From Ginglymostoma cirratum (lineage: Eukaryota): 51,867 nt of DNA. The stretch is from NCBI GenBank assembly GCA_024137785.1, contig JAHRHZ010000027.1, positions 226,368 to 278,234 on the forward strand. Reading direction: 5' to 3'. The notes beneath the pieces were generated by a model that saw nothing but the letters and a program-made list of their open reading frames with translations, was not told the origin of the DNA and ran no database searches. A program made the translations under genes and the position numbers. Shown in pieces: positions 1 through 11,462 of this stretch. Each line of letters starts with the position of its first letter. The stretch's first letter is position 1.

Positions 1-550
1 TGAGGAATCATGGTAGCCCACAAACTGATAGCTACACTTGAACAGCTACTGACGAGAATAACGAATCTAACAACCACAGCTAACAGAACCAACGTTATTT
101 ACAAGATCCCATGCAAAAACTGTCAAAAACATTACATAGGGCAGACCAGAAGGAAACGAGAGATTAGGATTCACAAAAAACCAACTAGCTCCCAAGAGAC
201 ATGGCCAACTATCACTCATTTCAATACACATGGACAAAGAGGAACGCCAAATCAAATAGGTCCTCGTAACTATCCTGGGACAAGCCATCCAAAGACATGC
301 ACGAGAATTCCTGGAGGCCTGGCACTCAAACCAGAACTCCATTAATAAACATGTAGAGCTGGACCCCATACACCAACCACAAAGAAACAAACCCGGAAAT
401 GATGCCACCCACCCCAGCGAATGGAGACACATAAATAACAAGCGGGACAGAACACAAACGCTTTACTGGAGGCACACTGACAATGTCACCTGGTACGGTG
501 ACAAAACATCTGCCAACAAACTTACCAGCTCAGTAAGCAAGTCGACATCT
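1..550 (+). mobile_element. Penelope-like retroelement 3' fragment (GIY-YIG endonuclease region plus terminal repeat)
   Basis: ORF 10-345 has VIYKIPCKNCQKHYIGQT (GIY-YIG with CxxC), then frameshifts. Terminus carries a degenerate hammerhead core at 477-510. Confidence 0.85.
477..510 (+). ncRNA. Degenerate minimal type I hammerhead ribozyme motif (PLE family 2)
   Basis: CTGACAA-T-GTCACC-tggtac-GGTGAC-AAAACATC: perfect stem II, core mutated relative to CTGANGA...GAAACGTC. Confidence 0.6.
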
Positions 551-1024
551 GCAGGGTGATAACACTAATACACAAAGACCTCACTATCACTTTGTCATTT
601 CTGAGTGTCACTGCATTTAGAAAGGTGTCCTGAGTTTTGTGAAACTTACCAAGGAAAACAGGCTGTGACGACAATGAAATTTGAGGGACTGAACATCTGA
701 TAGGTTAGAAATTCTTAAAATGCTGAAATCTTACAACTATTTCCTTGCCCAAGTAAACATTTTTATTCAAAGTCCCATTCTGGGAATGTGTTTTTATTGT
801 GTTAGTAGGAGGGGGTCATGAAGTCAGCATGGACAGAGTGTGAAGAATGTGAGAGTTAGAGAGGCTGGAAGGGTTGGGTTGTAGGATTTTTAAATATATT
901 TTGTAGTTTATTTTTTAAACTTAAGCACAGTGCCAACAGTGTCAGGACAAGCTGCAGATCAAGATGTCCTACCTCGGGACAAATGCAATGATCATTCACA
1001 CGTGTCAATGCGGAAATCAGATCC

Positions 1025-1106
1025 TACATGGATTTCCTCTGGGTGCTCTGTTTTCCTCCTACAGTCCAATGATCTGCAGGCTAGGTGGATTGGCCATGAT
1101 GAATTG
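1025..1106 (+). mobile_element. V-SINE (shark HE1-like) core fragment
   Basis: tttcctctgggtgctctgttttcctcctacagtccaatgatctgcaggctaggtggattggccatg resembles the V-SINE central domain. Confidence 0.65.
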
Positions 1107-1119
1107 CTGAAATGCCCAT

Positions 1120-2468
1120 CTGTACAAACAGACAGCAAGAGTTTCTATAGCTATTTTCAAAGGAAAAGAATAAGCAAAGTGAGTGTTGGTCTTCTCGATG
1201 GTGAGACTGCAGAGTTAGAAGTACATTGTTGCTCAGAGCTCACCTTATGAAATTATCAGAAATGTCAAATCTGAGAGTGAAATCGGATTTGATAACTTCT
1301 TTTTCACTTTAGTTCATGCAGTGTTTAGTCTTTGAAAGATAGTCACGAAAGGTTACTGGACTTTCAAAAGAACAGAACAAATATTTATTACACAAAAGAT
1401 GAAATTTAAAAAAAAGGCAGCCTATCCAGGTAAACAGTTTAGCAGAATTTTAAAACACTCAACAAAGCAAAGTTTCCCACTGTTTCCCAACACTACCAAT
1501 TTACAGAGATTCAAGTTCAGAGAAATTATCCCTTTATATAAAACATTGATGTTCTTTCATCTTTCTTGACTGACGATTCCTTGTTTCTTTCCTGTGAACA
1601 GTGTGAATGTTTTACATGAATATTCACAAAACTGACAGCTTAATTTTTTTCTATTTTCTAACCAGTCTTTCCCGATTTGGAATGTTTACAATCTACTATT
1701 TTGCTGAGGTGAATTGTTCAGCGACTGCTCTGAAAAATAATGTTCCAGGAGAGAAAATATACTTGCGTCTAAACCCAGCAATGACGTCACAGAACTGAGC
1801 AAAGACTTATCGACAGTGTTTATAAACCTGTAATAAAACAGCACAGTGTAAACACTTTTCTAATGACATACAACGAAGGGGTTAGAGGCACTTGCTATCT
1901 GACTAAGGCTAGTATAGGGTCAGTGTTTCACAGGGATACTGACTTTCATTTTATTTTAAAGAGAAACCTTCGCAGAAGTATCCAGAAAGAATGGATAACT
2001 ATTTTGAAATCAGCACTCCAAAACTGATGTTAATTTCATGGACTGTTTTGATTTCCGAGCTCTAAAACTGACGTTCAGATCACATAGCATCCTGGCATGG
2101 AATGATATCATTGTTCCTTCACTGTCGCCAAGTCAAAATCCTAGAATAGCTGAAGATGATTTAAGTTTATACCAATGCAGAAAACCAAGGTGCAGAGGGA
2201 TCAAGGTATTCTAGTGCATGAGTCACATGAAGTTAGAATGCATGTACCAACATGTGATGAAGAAAGCTATTACAATGCTATCCTTTATTACAAGAGGAAT
2301 TGAATATAACAGTGCGGACATTGTGCTTCAGTGTTGCAGGACATTGGGGAGGTTACATCTCAAAAACTATGTTTACATTTATTAGTAAGTCCCTCAGGGG
2401 ACCCTGTTTTACAACTAGGGGTCACCTTTTAATGACAGAGATGGGAAGAAATGTTTTTCTTCAGAGAG
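1120..2468 (+). repeat. Left arm of long inverted repeat; also homologous to intron 1 of the Ig receptor gene
   Basis: Reverse-complement match to ~6000-7400 (e.g. ccaggagagaaaatatacttgcgtct vs agacgcaagtatattttctctcctgg). Direct, gapped match to 13470-14050. Confidence 0.9.
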
Positions 2469-2479
2469 AAAGTACCAAC

Positions 2480-2575
2480 TGCCAATGCTGGAGTCAGAGA
2501 TAACAGTGTGGAGCTGGATGAACACAGCAGGCCAGGCAGCATCAGAGGAGCAGGAAAAATTATTTCAGGGTATGA
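2480..2575 (-). mobile_element. Short Penelope terminal-repeat-derived element (family 1)
   Basis: gagataacagtgtggagctggatgaacacagcaggccaggcagcatcagaggagcaggaaa, shared with the ends of the 35708-38352 element. Confidence 0.75.
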
Positions 2576-2579
2576 CAGG

Positions 2580-3410
2580 ACCTTGATCAGATGGGACAAA
2601 GGGCTGAGGAGTGGCAGATGGAGTTAAATTTATATAAATTTAGTCACACTTTGGGAAGGCAAAGAAGGGCAGGACTTATGCACTTAATGGTAGAGCCCTG
2701 GGGAGTGTTGCTGAACAAGGGGTTTGGGGTGCAGATGCATAGTTCCTTCGAAGTAGAGTTGCAGGTAGATAGGGGTGGTGAAGAAGACATTTGGCACACT
2801 TGGTCATAATATTGAGCATAGGGGTTGGGAAGTCATGTTATGTCTGTACAGGATGTTGGTCAGGCCACTTTTGGAATATTATGTAGCCCTTCTATAGGAA
2901 GGATGGTGTTAAACTTGAGAAGGTGCAGAAAAGATTTACAAGGATGTCACTGGGATTGGAAGGTTTGAACTATAAGGAGAAGATGAATAGGCTGGGGCAT
3001 TTTTCCCTGGAATGTTGGACACTGAGAGGTGACCTTACAGAGGTTTATAAAATCATGTGGGGCATGAGTAGACTGAATAGCCAAGGTCTTTTTCCTAAGG
3101 TGGGGAAGTCCAAAATCAGAGATCATAGGTTTAAGTTCAGAGGGCAAAAATTTAAAAAAGGATCCTGAGGGGTAAGTTTTTCATGCAGAGTGTGGTGTGC
3201 GTATGGAACAAGCTGCCAGATGAAGTGGTGAAGGCAGGTCCAGTTACAGCATTTAAAAGGCATCTGGTTGGATACATGAATATGAATGATTTAGAGGGAT
3301 ATGGGCCAAATGCTGGCAAAGGGGACTGGGTCAGATTGGGGCATCTGGTCAGTGGGGATGAGTTGGGCTGATGGGTTTGTTACCATGCTGTGTGACTATG
3401 ACTCTATAAT
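2580..3410 (+). mobile_element. CR1-type LINE 3' fragment
   Basis: Decayed ORF2 C-terminus (EWQMELN, QKRFTRM..GLEGLNY, LRGDLTEVYKIM, WNKLPDEVV) and short tandem tail. Confidence 0.9.
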
Positions 3411-3789
3411 CTCCAGTTGTTCCATGAAATTGAAATTCAATTTGAATGTCCAAGAATTTATAAGCCATTATCTCTTTCTAACAGATGCACTTGTGAAATG
3501 GAAACTTTTTACGGTTTAGGAATGATTTCGATTATGAAGTGTGCAAGAGGCAAATTGAAATGATACCGAACGAAGGTGTTTAAAGTTTGTTTCCATATTT
3601 CCAATGCTCTCTGAGATTATGGTTGATAAGCTAAAGAGATGATTTATATTATTCTTAAACTGTTATTTCTTTACTTTTTAGCAACATATGATTTGAACCT
3701 TGATCTGATTGTATTTTTTTGGGTGAATTTGTATCTTGGGAAAAAAAACTCAACACTATTTATTTTTGCCAGAATTTTCTCCAAGAAAC

Positions 3790-4095
3790 TGTCTCAGGAA
3801 ATCATGTAACATATTGATTTCTTCTCCTGGTTTAAGACAGAGATCCTATACAATCTATTAACACCTTCCCAATAAATGCATTTGAGAGCTTGTATCTGAT
3901 TTAAAGAACCAATATTAATTGGTGGTTGAGGTTTACCCACGACCTGGCATGTACGGCATGTCTGGCAACATTCCACCATATCTTTATATAATTCTGGCCA
4001 ATAAAAATGGTGTAGTTTGCATTTTAGCCTGTGTTTTCCAAATACCGAAGTGATCTGCAATTCGAACAGTGAGAGCTGCTTATAAAATGTCATTG
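3790..4095 (-). mobile_element. Gypsy-type LTR retrotransposon integrase zinc-binding fragment
   Basis: HHFYWPELYKDMVECCQTCRTCQVVGKP matches the FYWPxxxxDVxxxxxxCxxCQ integrase N-terminal motif. Confidence 0.75.
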
Positions 4096-4859
4096 CAATA
4101 TTCAGATGGAATTATTTGTGTCTAATACTGCTAACACGATGCTAAAAACGTAGGAGTTAAACATGACATAATAATAACTCAACAAGGCAAATCAAACTTG
4201 GAGAATCTCTGAACAGGTTGTTTAGAAAATATGTTAAAACGCATTTTTGGCGTGACCTCTGAATCAAGAGGTCTGGTTTCAGTCCTTTCTAGAATAATGA
4301 TCTAATCTACACATTTCGGAGAGCAGAGAGCAGATGGCAAACCTGCAGCAGTGTTAACGGACGATGGCTGATGTTGTGGAGCTTATGACAAGGGGAATAA
4401 CTATTGAAAGACACTTGTTTCCTTTAGTTTAGAATAAACATTGATTTACTCTAGCTTAGAAAAATACAGAAATCTAAAGCTTTTGAGGCAGGTTGGAGTC
4501 AGAAGTAAATATATTTTCTTTCCTAAAATGGAGATTAGGACAGTTCAGCAAAAGTACAGTTACCCTAATGTTAAGGCTTAATTTGAGAAATTTGCAGGTC
4601 AGCAGTGTGCTGATTGATCAAATATTCCAGTTGATCAAGAGGTCCATATATTCAATGCAAAAACACACACTAAATAATAGAAACGTAATGCAAGGTGCAT
4701 ACACAATGCTGTTATTATTTTTACAGCATTAATCACTGAAACACCAATGCAACTTTGCCTTTAAAAAACTTACCAGCAGAGAGCCTTCTCGTCACACCTT
4801 TATTTGACTACTCAGAGACTGTGATAATACAATAAACGTACGGTATTTGAAGTGTATCA

Positions 4860-4975
4860 GAGATAATAGGAACTGCAGATGCTGGAGAATCCGAGATAAC
4901 GAGGTGTGGGGCTGGATGAACACAGCAGGCCGAGCAGCATCATAGGAGCAGGAAAGCTTGATGTTTCGGGCCTAT
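4860..4975 (-). mobile_element. Short Penelope terminal-repeat-derived element (family 1)
   Basis: agataataggaactgcagatgctggagaatccgagataac...gcaggaaagcttgatgtttcgggcct. Confidence 0.8.
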
Positions 4976-5899
4976 AAGTTTTTGCCAGTTTATCAAGAGT
5001 GTAGGTTCATCAGGTGTCATATAAAATAGTACTTTATCCTGGATAAGCTCTTGAAAGCTTCACTTATAGTTTGTGATGAAAGTATACATTAATAGTACAT
5101 TGCCCTCATTCACAATGTGTCCATAAATTTCAGAGTCAAGCATTTAATTTTGGAGCGCGGTTATACTTCTTGCTGGATTAAGAATGCCTCACTGTTAGCA
5201 TGATTGCCCTACAGGCAAATCTGAAGAGCAATTAGCAATGTCAGGGTCAAATAGTCAATATTTAACTCTCAACCAATGATTACAAAAACACACATTATGC
5301 AGAGAACACCTGCTTGTGTGATCTTGCAGTATACTAATGAGTGGATAAACTTTCAATATTACAACAATGACAAACTCCAAAAAAACTTCCCTGCAAAGTG
5401 CTTTGAGACACCCTGTGGTACTAATTGCTATTATATGAATACCAGTCATTCTTTTCAGCAGCAATATCAAATAAATTTGAAATTCTTCTCCAATTCATTC
5501 ATCATCATGCAGACTGTCAAAATAATTTGAACCCCCTTCACCTTGTTGGCTACAGTCTGTACTGCAGCATGATTCAGAAAGGGAGGGGAAGATTGCTCAA
5601 AGAACCAAAGATATAGAAGAGAATTGAAGTTCAGCCAGAGATGTTTCAGAAATGTGGAAATTAATCAATGAGTTGGATCTCAAGGTTGGTAAATGCAGGA
5701 CTATTCACAATGTTGTACAGGGAGGCAGGTAATAATGAACCATAAAAGAAATAATTCTCTGAATGGAGAGACAGTTCAGAAGAAAATGATTTAGATTGCT
5801 CACAATGCAGCTATTTCTGGATAAGGAGCAGACTTTAGAGGATGGTAGGATCCAGACAGCACTAAGCTTCAACCAGAGGTACAAAATACATAAAGTATT

Positions 5900-7900
5900 T
5901 CACTTGTGTTCCAAATCCCACTTCCCATTTCCCCCGATGACCTTTGATTCTTGACTCACAAATATCTATCCCACTCCACCGCCATCCATGGCAGACAGTT
6001 CTCTGAAGAAAAACATTACTTCCCATCTCTGTCTTTAAAAAGGTGACCCCTAGGTGTAAAACAGTGTCCCCTGAGGGACTTACCAAGAAGCATGAACATC
6101 GTTTTTGAGACGTAACCTCCCCCATGTCCTGCAACACTGAAGCACAATGTCCGCACTGTTATATTCAATTCCTCTTGTAATAAAGGATAGCATTGTAATA
6201 GCTTTCTTCATCACATGTTGGTACCTGCATTCTAACTTCATGTGACTCATGCACTAGAATACCTTGATCCCTCTGCACCACAGATTTCTGCATTTGTGTA
6301 AACTTAAATAATACTCAGCTGCTCCAGGATTTTGACTTGGTGACAGTAAAGGAACAATGATGTAGTTCCATGCCAGCACGGTATGTGGCATGAGCATCAG
6401 TTTTGGAGCTCAGAAATCAAAGTAGTCCCATGAAATTAACATCAGTTTTGCAGTTTTGATTTCAAAATCGTTATACATTCTTTGTGGATCTTCTGCGAAG
6501 GTTTTTCTTTAAAATAAAATGAAACTTAATGTTGTATGACATTAGAAAAGTGTTTATACAGTGCTGCTTCATGACAGGTTTATAAACACTGACGAAAATT
6601 CTCCTGCTTTCAGTTCAGATTAACGTTAACTTTAGTTTGCAAAACTCAGGCTGAAAAGTCTTTGCTCAGTTCTGTGATGTCATTGCTGGGTTCAGACGCA
6701 AGTATATTTTCTCTCCTGGAGCATTATTTTTCATAGCAGTCGCTGAACAATTTACCTCAGCAAAATGATAGATTGTAAACATTCCAAATCAGGAGAGACT
6801 GGTTAGAAAATTAGAAAAAATTTAAGCTGTCAGTTTTGTGAATATTCATGTAAAACTTTCATGCTGTTCTCAGGAAAGAAACAAGGTATATTAGTCAAGA
6901 ACGATGAAAGAACATCAATATTTTGCATAAAGGGATAATTTCTCTGAACTTGAATCACTGTAAATTGATATTGTTGGGAAATAGTTGGAATCTTTGCTTT
7001 GTTGTGTGTTTTAAAATTCTTCTAAACTGTTTCCCTGGACAGATTGCCTTGCTTTTTAATTTCATCTTTGATGTAACAAATGTTTGTTGTGTTCTTTTGA
7101 AAGTTCAGTAGCCTTCCGTGACTATCTTTCAAAGACTAAACACTGCATGAACTGAAATAAAAAAGAAGTTATCAAATCTGACTTTATTCTTGACTTTTCT
7201 GATAGTTTCAAAAGGCGAGCTCAGAGCAACAATGTACTATTAACTCTGCAGTCTCACTCTCTAGGGGACCAATACTCACTTTGCTTATTCTTTTCCTATC
7301 AAAATAGCTATAAAACCTGCTCCTATGATGCTGCTTGACCTGCTGTGTTCATCCAGCCCCATGCTTGTTATCATAAAACTCTTGCTATCTGTTTGTACAT
7401 TTCTAACCAGCTTGGTCTCATGTTTATTTATTTGTCTTGGTTAATCTTTTTGTCATTCTTGATGTTCTTGTATTCTGACAGGTCATCTCACTTGCCATTC
7501 AACTTAATGCAATTATGTTCTTTTTCCTTTAGGTTGTTGCTTTAATTAGTTTCTTCAGTTAACCTTGGAAAGTAAGACCTCCTCTTGGATTTTTTTTACA
7601 GCAGGTATCTCCTTAATCCGAGTATTCTGAAATACACTTTACAGTGTCTGCTATAGCTTCATTACTGATTTACTTGCTAACCTTACATCCCAGCTCATTT
7701 CAATTAGCTCAGCTATCATGTATAATCCCGTATAAGTGCCCATATTTAAGTTTAAAATAACAATCTTAGAACAACACTTCTTTTCAAACTGGATATAAAA
7801 TTCAATCAGAATGTGGTCACTGCTATTCAGAGTTGCTGTAATTCTGAGGTCATTAATTAATCCTGTCACATTATACAATACCAAATACCTGCTCTCTGGT
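5900..7900 (-). repeat. Right arm of inverted repeat / inverted relic of receptor intron 1 (decayed CR1 with nested sequence)
   Basis: ~6000-7400 is the reverse complement of 1120-2468. 5900-6000 and 7790-7900 match 14045-14148 and 13045-13120 in reverse. Confidence 0.85.
7317..7372 (+). mobile_element. 56-bp Penelope terminal fragment with 7-bp target-site duplication
   Basis: Flanked by ATAAAAC at 7310-7316 and 7373-7379; absent from the homologous site in the left arm (~1140-1155). Confidence 0.8.
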
Positions 7901-9647
7901 TATCACTGTAAGAAACTAACTCAAAAATACTGGAGCTGAAGTTCCTACAGCTCGGAACATTTATATATTCTCTGGGAACTGTGTGACAAATAGCTCAGGA
8001 GTCAAGGAATATGCCACCAAGGGTTACAGCAGGGACATAACACTACTCTTCCAAAGGCCTTCAACCAGCTAAATAATATTTGTCAGTTCAAAATTTTCCC
8101 TTTAGCCCAAATGAGCTACATGTAACTGCAGCCAAGTTGGCACAGCCGTTGACAGAAATGTTCAGTGGAGAGACATTCTGGAAAGACAGGGAGGGGACAG
8201 TTTTCTTAGAGCCCACCTCACTGTTAATAAACAGGATATTGTGGGTGGGGAACTCTGTGTCATTCAAGGCTGTACTGAGAGTTTTCAGAACGAGCCCCCT
8301 GATTACTGTCTCTGGGAACGTAACCTCCTGGGACAGGCTCATGTACATGTTGTGGTGGGTCACTGCACCATTTCAGAGCAAATGGGACATCCATCCTAAT
8401 GAGGGACGGGTTTTGTGGCAGGTCCATGTCCTGCAATTGTTTGTCTCAGAAGAATGGTGTTTAAAAAAAAAACTGCTGAGTGCCTGTCTACCAGGATATG
8501 GCTTTGACACTGAAAAAGTCACTTTACAGGATCCCTGACAACTTGATTAGATATTCTTCACTTTGTTAATCAGTCCTCCATTCATAGTTTCATGCCTTCA
8601 GCATTGTGGGTGGGGGTTAGCAGGGTTGATGAAGTATATCAGCCCCTTTGATCTTCTCAAAGATGAAACCCAGCATGATTCACCAGACTCACTCATCATC
8701 AACCATGTCCTGGGAAATACAAAGCCCCATGTCAGGCAGTTCACCAGAGGGACCCTCACCTTGGAGTTGAAGCTCACTCCCAGTTACTCAATCACAGTTC
8801 ACTTCTCCCAGCATTGTCTCTCTGTCAGTTGAGTCCTTTTTTCTGCCTGAAATCAGACTCATTATTTGTTTCCTTGGGTCTTATGGTAATGGAACAGACA
8901 GTGTCCTTCTCCTGCACATCCAGGAGTTCCGATCCTGACACAATAATTATTCAGAACAACAGGAGTCATTTTGCAAAAAACAAAATTAATGAACATCTTA
9001 CATTGAATTGCAGGAGTAATTTTCACAAATGAAATCAATTTTTGTCAAAAACTGTTCGTTGACATTGTCTATCTTTGGAAAATGGGCCAATTGTCGTTCA
9101 CCTGAGAATAGCAAGATGGTGGCAGCGAAGTTGGCAGGTACCAGATGCAGCTCAGGGTTTGCCCTTTCTGTCCACTGCTCATTTGTTTTCCATTTCATGA
9201 TTTTCTCTTTTTAAATTGTTTAAGTTGTATTTAACATGGCTCACATAGAGAATGGTGGTGATGACATCAGAGCATTGAAACAGATGCGGGCGCGGAGCGG
9301 AGCTGGACGCCCAGTGGTCGGTCGGCCACTGCAGAGTGGACCTAGAGTAGAGCGGAGTGGTCTGTGGGCTGGGAGCTGGAACAGAGGGTCAATATCGGTC
9401 AGACTGGGGCCTGTTACAGCCAGCCTGTCACAGGTGGTGGTCAACAGATTGTGAGCCCATTGACGGCCCAACTTTGTGGAGGGGAAGGCAGACCGCATGT
9501 GGGAAGCTCCCAGCGTGAAGTGACTACCAGCTACAGAAGGACTGTTATCTTTATCTTTTAACTTTTTTTTCTTTATTTCCCTCACGTATTCTATTGTATT
9601 GGAGAAGTTTTTGCCTTTTTTCTTTATTTCTCTATTTTTATAACTGA

Positions 9648-10200
9648 TAGTAAACCACATTGGTTCTGCATGTTGTGGGAATGGGGTCTTTAATCCTTGT
9701 GAGTGTTTGTCATAGATTGGCTGTGGGCTTGTGGCCCACCATGATTCATATGGTCTTCGGAGTCTTGATGTCAGTTCTGATATGTTCCTGATGTAGGGCA
9801 GTGTGGCCAGTGTGTTGTGGCGTACTGTGTGCTCCTGTTGTTGTCTGTTTAGTAGGCATCTGCGGGTGAAGTTGTGGGGATATCCGTTTATAGCGAAGAT
9901 TTTGTATAGGTGCTCTTCCCCTTTCCTGCACAGTGCCGGAGGGTTGCAGTGTGCTCTGGCCCATTTAAATAGTGTCCTAAAGCAGCTTTGTTTGTGGATG
10001 TTGGCGTGGTTGCTGTGAAAGTTGAGGATTGGATCAGTGTGGGTTGCTTCTCTGTACACTGAAGTTTGTAACTCCCGTTTGGTCTAACACTCATCTCTAA
10101 CATCCAGAAATGGACGTTGATTGTTGTTTTCTTCTTCTGTTGTTGATGAGTTGGTGGGTCCCTTCCAATTTGTTGTACGCATTTACTTTCCCATATTTCA
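9648..10200 (-). mobile_element. Penelope-like element fragment (RT C-terminus/linker), truncated at 9648
   Basis: YREATHTDPILNFHSNH..HK, NGYP, TLPYI motifs. Its duplicate at 43720-44700 continues through the GIY-YIG region and terminus. Confidence 0.85.
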
Positions 10201-10500
10201 ATGTATTAAAGGTCGCAGGTTTGGGAGGTACTGTCACATGCACTGCTACTTGGTGATTTCCTGCAATGCATCTTGTAGATGGTAGACATTGGTGCCACCA
10301 TGCATTGAGGAGTGAATGTTGAAGATGGTGGAAATGGTGCCAATTAACTGGGAAACTTTGTCATGGAGGGCACCAAGCTGCTTCAGTGTTGTGGGAGCTG
10401 CACCCATCCAGGGAAGTGGGGAATATTCCATCATACACCTGACATGGGTCTTCCATATTGTGGGCAGGCTCTGGGATGTCAGGAGGAGCGTTATCTCCTG
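10200..10500 (-). mobile_element. Decayed non-LTR retrotransposon 3' fragment
   Basis: MEYSPLPWMGAAPTTLKQL motif; same family as 34180-34730 and the duplicate at 44700-45000. Confidence 0.7.
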
Positions 10501-11320
10501 TGACCAATCTGTGTGGAGGAAGTATCTATCACTGCAACTGCTGGATGCCTAGGTTTTGGAGCTGGAGTGATGCCTGAGGACACCGTGGACCATCCATGAG
10601 ACTATCAGTATTGCGGATAGCCGCGTAAGAGAGATGGTCCCTCTGCAGCCTGAGACTGTAGAGACAGGGAGGGAATAGGTGGCCAGCAGTATGAAAAAGC
10701 AAATTGCGCTGGGGTATCGGGGGAAGAGACTGGGCCTGAGGGTATGGGGGCTAAATCAGCCCAGTGGTGCGCAGACTTGTCCATTCTCTCTGCTCCTACC
10801 CCCTACCCCACCCACACTAGCATCGTCCGATTCCCATTTCGAAGTCACGTCTGTTCTCCGCACATGTACAGTGTGGACTTTGCACATGATGGAACAAGTG
10901 GAGGATCTGGAACTGTGTGCATGCACGTTCTTGAATGAGTGCACACTCACATTTGTCCTGCATTTCTACTGTCAGCACAGGCTGCCTTAGTTTGTTTATT
11001 GCTGACAGACATATTTTTCAGCAGAATTAGGAACTTATGCTTTTAGCAACGGACAGGAAATAAGACCTCTCAGGGTGACTAACACCCGGCATGATGCCAA
11101 TAACCACATCTGCAGACCAAGTAACACGCTACTGGCAGCAATTCTCCACGAGAAAACAAACAGGCAGGTGTCGAGCTGTGCTTTCTGTTGTAAGAATATC
11201 TGCAGCTAACAAGGAGCACTGGCATAACCAGTGAAGAAATGGTCAGATCTGACCCCTCTTCAGCAGGGATTTGAAAAGAGGAATTTTCAAAGGACTGGCT
11301 TGCTGCCATCTTCTCCCTCA

Positions 11321-11331
11321 CGGAAATTCCT
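11321..11331. promoter_or_regulatory. Possible NF-kB-like site about 100 bp upstream of the ATG
   Basis: CGGAAATTCCT (reverse AGGAATTTCC, one mismatch to GGGRNWYYCC). Also present in copy B, but that is expected from recent duplication. Confidence 0.25.
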
Positions 11332-11425
11332 CATTTGACTTTTATTGGAATCTTCTTTCCTTGAGATCACTCAGAGCTGGGTGAGTGATAACAAGCGCCG
11401 ACCTAAACATTGCAAGGAAAAGAAA

Positions 11426-11462
11426 ATGTGGAGCCTGATTCTACTCATTTATTTGGTGCCCG
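11426..11462 (+). CDS. Copy A exon 1: signal peptide MWSLILLIYLVP
   Basis: AAAATG start, hydrophobic stretch, phase-1 donor G|GTGAGT. Confidence 0.85.

Noticed and set aside
9241-10059. 272-aa minus ORF
   Set aside because: Penelope fragment running by chance across the duplication boundary into unrelated sequence.
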